From positions 1 to 64,000 of the forward strand of contig JAXMOL010000013.1 of NCBI GenBank assembly GCA_034669905.1: a DNA stretch of 64,000 nt. Direction: 5' to 3'. Within the stretch, counting starts at the first letter, position 1, and each line of letters opens with the position of its first letter. Shown here piece after piece: positions 57,238 through 64,000 of the stretch. Both the position numbers and the translations under genes were made by a program. The notes beneath the pieces are model-generated. The model saw only the letters and a list, made by a program, of their open reading frames with translations. It made no database searches and was not told the origin of the DNA. The DNA is from Candidatus Hydrogenedentota bacterium. Lineage in GTDB: Bacteria > Hydrogenedentota > Hydrogenedentia > Hydrogenedentales > JAEUWI01.

Positions 57238-59409
57238 ATGAAACGATTTCATAGAGTGGGAATGTTTTTTGGCGCGGTCGCCGTGGCCTTCACGGGCACC
57301 TTCAATCAGGGCTGGTGCGCGGCGAATTCCGACGTGCCCGAGCTTCGGTATTACCGGCAGGTCGAACGGGGACCAGCACAGCGACTCAACTTCGATGTGG
57401 CGGTCTACGGAGGGACGCCTGCGGGGGTGACGGCCGCTATCCAGGCGGCGCGGATGGGAAAAAAGTCCGTGCTCTTGTCTTTTAACCGCCATGTGGGCGG
57501 CATGACCTCGGGCGGTCTGACCGCGACCGATGTGGGGAATAAGGATACCATCGGCGGTCTGGCCCTCGAATACTACACGCGCATCGGCCGGCTCCGCGAC
57601 CTCATTCCCTCGGAGGCCGAAGCGCTCTTTCTCACGATGCTTGAGGAGGCGGGGGTAACGGTGCTCTTCGAGCGGTGCCTGGAGTCGGTCGTCCTGGAAG
57701 ACGGGCGCATCGTATCCGCCACCATGGAGACGGGCGAAACGGTTGCGGCGGCCATGTTCGTCGATGCCACCTACGAGGGCGACCTGCTGGCGGCGGCGGA
57801 GGTCTCGCACTATGTCGGAAGGGAGCCCGTGGGAACCTATGGTGAAACCCTCGCGGGACAGTTGCAGAATATCTCCTGGAGCAATGTCTACCAGTTTTGC
57901 CAGCTGCCGGTGAGCCCCTTTGTGGAGCCTGATAATCCGGACTCCGGGCTGCTGCCGGAAATCTCCTCGGATCCCATCGGGGAGAAGGGCGACGGCGACT
58001 ATCGCGTGCAGGCCTACAATTTCCGAATGCGCCTCTCCAACAAGGCGGACAAAGCACCTTTCCCGAAGCCGCGCGATTATGATCCCGGCCGCTTTGCCCT
58101 CCTTGCCCGGTTTATGCATTCCGACCCGGGTATCCAATGGACCCTCGACTATACGACCACACCCATGACCGATGGGCCGGTCCAGATGCGCAATGGCGAC
58201 AGCAACAACGCGGGAAGTTTTTCTTCCGACTATGTCGGGGGCAGTAATCGTTGGCCCGACGGGACCTTTGAGCCGGTGTCGTTTTCGGAGCTGCCTCCGC
58301 CCCGGCGTGGCTTGCAGATGCCCTTCCGTGACTTGTATGAGATGCGGGAGCGAATCTTTCAGGATCATGTCAACTATCAGCAGGGGCTCATGTACTTCCT
58401 GGCCAACGATCCCCAGGTCCCAGAGACCCTTCAAGAACGGGTAAATCGCTTCGGCCTTGATTCTAACGAGTATCAAGATACGGGCTTCTGGCCTCACCAC
58501 CTCTATATACGAGAAGGCCGTCGTATGCTTTCCGACTACGTGATGACTCAGGACGATGCCCAATCGAAACGAAAGGTGAACGATTCCGTGGGGCTCGCGT
58601 CCTACCAGATGGACTCCCACTTCTGTAATCGTGTGGCCGTGATAAGGGATGGGGAATATACCGTCCGTAATGAGGGGGGCTTCGGGAAGGCCTGCCCAAG
58701 ACCCTATCCCGTTTCATTTCGTTCCATCGTTCCGCGTAAGGAGGAGTGCGTGAACCTCCTCGTGCCGATTTGTCTTTCGGCGTCCCATGTCGCGTACGGT
58801 TCGATTCGCATGGAACCCGTGTTTATGATTCTCGGACAAAGTGCGGGAACGGCCGCCGTGTTGGCGATCGACGAGGGGATTGCCTTACAAGATCTCGCCT
58901 ATGACAGGTTGGAGAAGAAGTTGGCGGAAGATGGGCAGGTACTCAGCTTTATTCCGGCAGACATCTACCCCCTTGCGAAGTTGAACGGTGTGGTGGTGGA
59001 TGACGAGGCCGCCGTCGCCGAGGGCGAGTGGATGCACAGTGCCTCGGCTCCGCCCTATGTGGAGCAGGGCTACCGGCATGACGTCAATAAGAACAAAGGG
59101 GGCAGCACGATGACTTTCACCGCCGCGCTACCCGCCCCGGGCCGCTACGAGGTGCGCCTGGCCTATTCTCGCCAGTCCAACCGTGCGGAGCAGGTACCCG
59201 TGACCGTGTACCATCAGGGCGGCACCCAAACCGTCGTGGTCAATCAGCGAAAAAAACCGGAGATCAAGGGCTGCTGGACTTCCCTCGGCACCTTCGATTT
59301 TGACAAAGAAGGCCGTGTCGTCGTGAGTAACGAAGGTACGAAGGGGTACGTGCTCGCTGACGCGGTGCAGTTTCTGCTGGCGGACGGAGAAACTACGCCG
59401 GTCCCCTGA
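57238..59409 (+). CDS. Secreted FAD-dependent oxidoreductase with C-terminal xanthan-lyase/CBM-like beta-sandwich
   Basis: DVAVYGGTPAG, VDATYEGDL, YIREGRRM, SHVAYGSIRMEPVFM; C-terminal VVDD..GEW..S, GRYEV, NRA..VPV, ADAV. Confidence 0.88.
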   Translation: MKRFHRVGMFFGAVAVAFTGTFNQGWCAANSDVPELRYYRQVERGPAQRLNFDVAVYGGTPAGVTAAIQAARMGKKSVLLSFNRHVGGMTSGGLTATDVGNKDTIGGLALEYYTRIGRLRDLIPSEAEALFLTMLEEAGVTVLFERCLESVVLEDGRIVSATMETGETVAAAMFVDATYEGDLLAAAEVSHYVGREPVGTYGETLAGQLQNISWSNVYQFCQLPVSPFVEPDNPDSGLLPEISSDPIGEKGDGDYRVQAYNFRMRLSNKADKAPFPKPRDYDPGRFALLARFMHSDPGIQWTLDYTTTPMTDGPVQMRNGDSNNAGSFSSDYVGGSNRWPDGTFEPVSFSELPPPRRGLQMPFRDLYEMRERIFQDHVNYQQGLMYFLANDPQVPETLQERVNRFGLDSNEYQDTGFWPHHLYIREGRRMLSDYVMTQDDAQSKRKVNDSVGLASYQMDSHFCNRVAVIRDGEYTVRNEGGFGKACPRPYPVSFRSIVPRKEECVNLLVPICLSASHVAYGSIRMEPVFMILGQSAGTAAVLAIDEGIALQDLAYDRLEKKLAEDGQVLSFIPADIYPLAKLNGVVVDDEAAVAEGEWMHSASAPPYVEQGYRHDVNKNKGGSTMTFTAALPAPGRYEVRLAYSRQSNRAEQVPVTVYHQGGTQTVVVNQRKKPEIKGCWTSLGTFDFDKEGRVVVSNEGTKGYVLADAVQFLLADGETTPVP

Positions 59410-59432
59410 GAAACATTTTCCGACATGATCGA

Positions 59433-59463
59433 AAAGGGGCCGCTCGCTGAGAGCGGCCCCTTT
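59433..59463. terminator. Bidirectional terminator between convergent genes
   Basis: AAAGGGGCCGCTC-GCTGA-GAGCGGCCCCTTT. Confidence 0.8.
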
Positions 59464-59498
59464 GATGATGGGGGAGGCAGCGCTACGCCGTGGTGGCG

Positions 59499-61631
59499 TT
59501 ACGGCCCGGTAAAAAACTGGGGGGTGATGGCAAGTATGCCTTCCTGGTTGATGAGCTCTGCACATTGCAGTAGCTGGAAGGCCGTCTGGGTGCGCTGCGG
59601 GTCGAGACGCTGGAGCAGGGCGATGGGGCTCGTGGGATCCGTCGTTTGAAGGGGTATGCTGAAAGTCCTGCGTGGGGCGTAGGCTTTATTTTCACGGTTA
59701 AATTCCAGATCGCTGGGGTGGTCGCCGCCGCCGAAGAGGAAGTCAATAATGGCTTCGTCCAGGTATTGGGCATCGGGTAAGGGGCGGATATCGTATTCTT
59801 CGAGGTTCACCAAATCGGCGGCGTGGGCGATAGCGTCCTGCAGACCACCCATTTCGTCCACGAGACCGAGTTCGAGGGCCTGTTTGCCGGTAAACACCCG
59901 GCCCCCCGCCATGGCTTCGATGGGTTGGGTCAGTTTGTCGCCCCGGCCGGCCACCACGTGCCCTTTGAAAACCGTGTAGGTGTCGTCCATGTTGTCGACG
60001 ACACGGCGCCGTTGTGCATCCGAGAAGGGCTGGGCAGAGCTGACCCAATCGGCATTGGCACCCCGCTGATAGGGATGCCAGTTCACGCCGATCTTGTCCC
60101 ACAGATCGGACGTGATAATCTTGCCACCCACCACACCAATGGAAGCGGTTATGGTGCCTTCGTTGGCAAAAATCCAGTCGGCGTCGCAGGACACATAATA
60201 GCCGCCGCTGGCAGCAAGATTGGCCATGGAAACCACGACCGGCTTGATCTCTTTTACTTGCTGAACCGCGCGGAGAATGACTTCACTGGCCGTGACGGAA
60301 CCGCCGGGGGAATTCACCCGGAGCACGACCGCCTTAACCGTGTCGTCCGCACCCGCCTGCTCCAGGGCTTTCCGAATGTCGCCACTATAGGCCCCATCCG
60401 ATGCCCCGCGGGCGGAGGACTCGCTATACCCGGGCACAATATTTCCGTTGACAGAGATGATGGCGACACTTTCCCCGACTTCGTTTGTCGGGGGCATTGT
60501 GGGTTCAGCAAACAACAGTTCGATGGGGGCCAGGGGACTGTTGAAATTGATGTCCGGGGGGATGGGCTCATAGTAGTGGTTATCGATGTAGATGTCCGAA
60601 GGGTACTCGGCTTTGATGGATTCCAGGAATGCGTCCAGATGGTGAAGGGAATCGACCAAGCCCCTATCAAGGGCCTCCTCTGCGCTGTAGGGGCCGCCAT
60701 CGATGAGGAGGCGCACTTCGTCGGGGGCCTTGCCGCGTGCTGTCGCGATCCGTTCCACACTACTTTCGTAGAGGCCATCCAGAAGCCAATTCATGGCCTC
60801 TTCGGCTTCTGGACTGGGCTCGGAGCGCGTGGCGATTTCCCCTGCGGATTTATAGTCGCCGATGTGCACGATGTCGGCCTGGACACCCAGCTTGTCGAGT
60901 CCCTCCTTGAGGAAAAGGCCCTCGGTGTAGACGCCCGTGAGATTGATGAAGGACGTGGGCGCGGCGTTAATCTGGCTCGCCCCGGCTATCAGGGCGTAGG
61001 TGTTGGTCGTAAGGAAGGCCTCTTCCATATGGACATAGACCTTCTTATCGGATGCGTCGAGTGCCTGGAAGGCCCGATAGAGTTCTTCGCCATGGGCCTG
61101 GCCCGTCGCGAGGCGGTCCAGGGTAATAATGACGCCTTTTACGGCCTCATCCGTGCGCGCCTTTTCGAGCTTGGACAGGACGCTCCGGATGGACGTGGGC
61201 GCTTCGGAAAAGACGGCCAGCGGGTCGTTCTGGGGTAACTCGCCAAGGTTCCCCTCGAGGTGGAGGTGCACCAAACGATCGGCGTCGTAGCCCACGGGGG
61301 TGGTCCCCGGGTCCACAAGAAAGAGGGGCAGGAATATGAGGATGAAAAGCGGCGCGACAACGAGGCTGACGCAACCGAGTACAAGACTGGCCGTGGCGAT
61401 ATCGTTGCCCGTGAGCCGGGGATTCGACTTAATCTCGCGCCGGGCAATGGCCGCCAGCACAATCGCGGGGATTGCCGTCAGAATCCAAAAGCCGAAACTG
61501 AGGAGGGCGAGCGCCAGGGCGACGAGGGCTTTGGCAGATACCCGCGTCGGGGGCAATGGCGGCACGGGTGGTGGTGTGCCGATGGGGGGCTGTTGGTGGT
61601 GGGATGGTGGTTCGTATTGAAATGCTGACAT
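59499..61631 (-). CDS. sppA: Signal peptide peptidase SppA (two S49 domains) with Pro-rich/DUF4190-like N-terminal membrane domain
   Basis: GDYKSA, LRVNSPGGS, AASGGYY, SIGVVGG, GRVFTGKQALELGLVDEMG. Confidence 0.9.
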   Translation of the reverse strand: MSAFQYEPPSHHQQPPIGTPPPVPPLPPTRVSAKALVALALALLSFGFWILTAIPAIVLAAIARREIKSNPRLTGNDIATASLVLGCVSLVVAPLFILIFLPLFLVDPGTTPVGYDADRLVHLHLEGNLGELPQNDPLAVFSEAPTSIRSVLSKLEKARTDEAVKGVIITLDRLATGQAHGEELYRAFQALDASDKKVYVHMEEAFLTTNTYALIAGASQINAAPTSFINLTGVYTEGLFLKEGLDKLGVQADIVHIGDYKSAGEIATRSEPSPEAEEAMNWLLDGLYESSVERIATARGKAPDEVRLLIDGGPYSAEEALDRGLVDSLHHLDAFLESIKAEYPSDIYIDNHYYEPIPPDINFNSPLAPIELLFAEPTMPPTNEVGESVAIISVNGNIVPGYSESSARGASDGAYSGDIRKALEQAGADDTVKAVVLRVNSPGGSVTASEVILRAVQQVKEIKPVVVSMANLAASGGYYVSCDADWIFANEGTITASIGVVGGKIITSDLWDKIGVNWHPYQRGANADWVSSAQPFSDAQRRRVVDNMDDTYTVFKGHVVAGRGDKLTQPIEAMAGGRVFTGKQALELGLVDEMGGLQDAIAHAADLVNLEEYDIRPLPDAQYLDEAIIDFLFGGGDHPSDLEFNRENKAYAPRRTFSIPLQTTDPTSPIALLQRLDPQRTQTAFQLLQCAELINQEGILAITPQFFTGP

Positions 61632-61747
61632 GGTCGCTGCCCTCTTTCGTCGTGGTTATGCTATTCGGTCGTCTGCTTTTCCCAGGCCGGCGCCCGGACA
61701 GCAAGTCGATAAATCACCGGGAATAACGTACGTCCTTCGTGGAGCAA

Positions 61748-62845
61748 CTACTCCGCGTGATTCAAAGGGTCGCTATCGTCGGCTATACCGGGTGTCCCGT
61801 GCAACGCCGATTGTTTCAGGACGACCAGACTATTTCCATTCCGTGCGCCCACATACAGGAGATCACCGTTGATCGCGGCGCCATAGGTTTTCTTCATAAT
61901 GGGATGGCGCACAGTCGTTATGAAGCGTGGCATTGTCGGGTCGCTGATGTCCACAACGGCGATGCCATCGTCTTCGACCATGGGGAGATAGGCCCGGTTT
62001 CCAGCGACGATACAGCGGTTCGGCTTGCCGAAGCGCTTGTCGCGGAGTGTCGCGACGAGCCGCAGTTCGGGCAGCGCACCAATATCCAAGACGAAGAAGG
62101 CGTTGCTATCCCAATGGACTGCGAAATAGCGGTCATCGACCACTTCGCCGCTGAACTGGCCCGCATGGGGCACGATGAATTCATTCACGACACGGGGCGC
62201 GGTAGGCTCTTGGATGTTTAGCACCGTGAGACGGTTCTCCGCTCCGAAGATGGTGCCCACCAGCGCGTAATCGCCATGGAGCAGGACGCTGAAGGGGCCA
62301 TCCTTACCCCCGGTAACGACGGCACTGCCGACGACCGCCGGGGCCTGTGGATTGCGGACATCCACCACGTAGAGTTTCTTCTCCGTCAGCTGGGCGACGT
62401 AGCAATAACCATTGTGATAGGCGACTTTGTAGAGCACCCCATCGCCCAAGGCAGTGGAACCGAGAAGTCTGGGAGCCGACTTGTCGGTGACATCGACCAC
62501 CAGCAGTCGGCTGTTGCTCTGGGAGGCGAGGTAGGCCGTGTTCCCGTGGAGGGCGAAGCCCGCGGCGGGGCCCAATTCGGGGTGGGTGAAGCTGGACACG
62601 ATTTTGGGATGCGCCGGGTCGTCAAGAGTGCAAATGGTCAGACGCTTCCCTTCGCGACAGGGGAGATAGAGGTAGTTCCCTTCCCGATGGACATCCTCAA
62701 TGCCGCGTAGCTGCACATCGTCCACCAGTTGGGAGACGAAGGGGGCGGGAGGCGTTTCTTCAGCAGTGGCCCGGGGAAGCGTCGCGGTCATCATCGCTAC
62801 CGCGCAAATCGATAGTCCGAAGGAGAACAGGTGCCGTCGGCGCAT
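61748..62845 (-). CDS. Secreted LVIVD-repeat beta-propeller protein
   Basis: Signal peptide; repeats LLVVDVTDKSAP, LYVVDVRNPQAP, AVVDISDPTMP. Confidence 0.85.
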   Translation of the reverse strand: MRRRHLFSFGLSICAVAMMTATLPRATAEETPPAPFVSQLVDDVQLRGIEDVHREGNYLYLPCREGKRLTICTLDDPAHPKIVSSFTHPELGPAAGFALHGNTAYLASQSNSRLLVVDVTDKSAPRLLGSTALGDGVLYKVAYHNGYCYVAQLTEKKLYVVDVRNPQAPAVVGSAVVTGGKDGPFSVLLHGDYALVGTIFGAENRLTVLNIQEPTAPRVVNEFIVPHAGQFSGEVVDDRYFAVHWDSNAFFVLDIGALPELRLVATLRDKRFGKPNRCIVAGNRAYLPMVEDDGIAVVDISDPTMPRFITTVRHPIMKKTYGAAINGDLLYVGARNGNSLVVLKQSALHGTPGIADDSDPLNHAE

Positions 62846-62936
62846 GGGGTACCTCCAATGGGAGCGGCTCAATGGATGGACTGTTATTCGAGAGTCCTTA
62901 CTTGATGGGTATCAATGGCCCTGACGATAGGGTAGC

Positions 62937-62978
62937 AAAAAGCGGCGTGGAGCGCATCGAACTGCGCACCACGCCGCC
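62937..62978 (-). terminator. Rho-independent terminator after the DedA gene
   Basis: Minus strand GGCGGCGTGGTGCGC..GCGCTCCACGCCGC followed by TTTTT. Confidence 0.75.
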
Positions 62979-62987
62979 GGATGAAGA

Positions 62988-63587
62988 TTAGTGTAACACC
63001 TTCAGCAGGGCGAAGCCGCCAACCAGCAGGATGGTGAAGGCCACGACCAGCAGGTTGAACCACCGGTCGATGAAACCGCGGATGGGTTCTCCAAAGAAGA
63101 AGAGCATGCCGGCGACGAGAAAGAAGCGCGCTGCACGGCCCACGAGGGAAGCCACCATAAACATGGGGAAGGATATCTGAAACACCCCTGCTGCGATCGT
63201 GATGACTTTGTAGGGAATCGGAGTAAAGGCCGCCACAAAGACGATCCAGAAATTATATTGATCGTAGAGACCGCCGACCATGTTGAACTTGTCTTCCGAG
63301 AAGCCGGGTACGTAATTATAGAAGAGCTGATCAACCGCACCCCAGGCTCCCCATCCAATGGCATACCCGATCGCTCCCCCGATGACCGAGCCCGCCGTGC
63401 AGATGGCGGCAAAGCGCAAGGCACTGGCCCGCTTACCCACACAAAGGGGTAGCAGGAGTACATCGGGCGGGATGGGGAAAAAGCTGGCTTCCGCCAGGGC
63501 GAGAAAGAAGAGGGCCACGGACCCGTAGGGCGTTTCGGCCCAGCTCAATACCCAATCATAAAGACTCCGTACCCACTTCATAGTCAT
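62988..63587 (-). CDS. YqaA/DedA-family membrane protein
   Basis: AEASFFPIPPDVLL, GSVIGG, FTPIPYK, GRAARF. Confidence 0.9.
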   Translation of the reverse strand: MTMKWVRSLYDWVLSWAETPYGSVALFFLALAEASFFPIPPDVLLLPLCVGKRASALRFAAICTAGSVIGGAIGYAIGWGAWGAVDQLFYNYVPGFSEDKFNMVGGLYDQYNFWIVFVAAFTPIPYKVITIAAGVFQISFPMFMVASLVGRAARFFLVAGMLFFFGEPIRGFIDRWFNLLVVAFTILLVGGFALLKVLH

Positions 63588-63613
63588 ACCTTCATCGTCA
63601 TTAACGTTTCGGT

Positions 63614-64000
63614 TTACAGTTCAATCGCTGGTTCATAAAAATGATGCAACGCATCATGGTGGGTCACGTCGCGATGTAGGGGCGTGATGCTTACCTTCCC
63701 CGCTTCGATCGCTTCGAAATCCGTGCCCGACTCCATAATGTGGGTCGGTTCATCACCACCAATCCAATAATACACACCGCCCCGGGGGTCTTCCCGACGC
63801 ACGATGTCATCCTGGTAGCTTCGTCGCCCCATACGCGTGATGGCCAGTCCCTTCAAAGCCGCATAGGATACATCCGGAACATTGACATTGAGTAACGTGT
63901 CTGGCGGAAGGCCATTGGCCAACACATAACGGGCCACCTGTGCCGCCACCTGTGCCGCCGTGTCCTGACGCTCTGGCTTGTAGCTCACATCCGAAACGGC
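63614..64000 (-). CDS. surE: 5'/3'-nucleotidase SurE, C-terminal part (runs off the window)
   Basis: LLNVNVP, TRMGRR, DPRGGVYYWI, GTDFEAI..GKVSITPL. Confidence 0.9.
   Translation of the reverse strand, partial: AVSDVSYKPERQDTAAQVAAQVARYVLANGLPPDTLLNVNVPDVSYAALKGLAITRMGRRSYQDDIVRREDPRGGVYYWIGGDEPTHIMESGTDFEAIEAGKVSITPLHRDVTHHDALHHFYEPAIEL

Overview
A 64-kb, GC-rich bacterial chromosomal window with about 48 recognisable genes. A PEP-CTERM protein and a GT9 glycosyltransferase suggest a diderm organism; its taxonomy cannot be fixed from the sequence. Housekeeping genes: a RecQ-family helicase, mutL-miaA, Mrp/ApbC, cysD-cysN(C), sppA, a DedA/YqaA gene and partial surE. Secreted enzymes: three paralogous FN3-metallophosphoesterases, two beta-helix proteins, two FAD oxidoreductases and several beta-propellers. 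Accessory elements: (i) an orphan two-module NRPS (A-T-C-A-T-TE) with non-canonical Thr-like pockets and an enlarged hydrophobic TE lid, followed only by a GT87-like membrane transferase; (ii) a cobalamin riboswitch with an extra two-hairpin insertion upstream of a PEP-CTERM surface protein that resembles B12-binding BtuH-type domains; (iii) an arsR-arsP-thioredoxin-ccdA operon containing a Tat-signal flavoprotein; (iv) a vapBC pair; (v) a 1.25-kb mosaic array of palindromic REP-like modules and two (AGGGTGA)n arrays. No rRNA, tRNA, CRISPR array, transposase or phage gene was recognised. All assignments come from reading motifs by eye, with no database searches, and several start codons were moved from the ORF track to the most plausible ATG.
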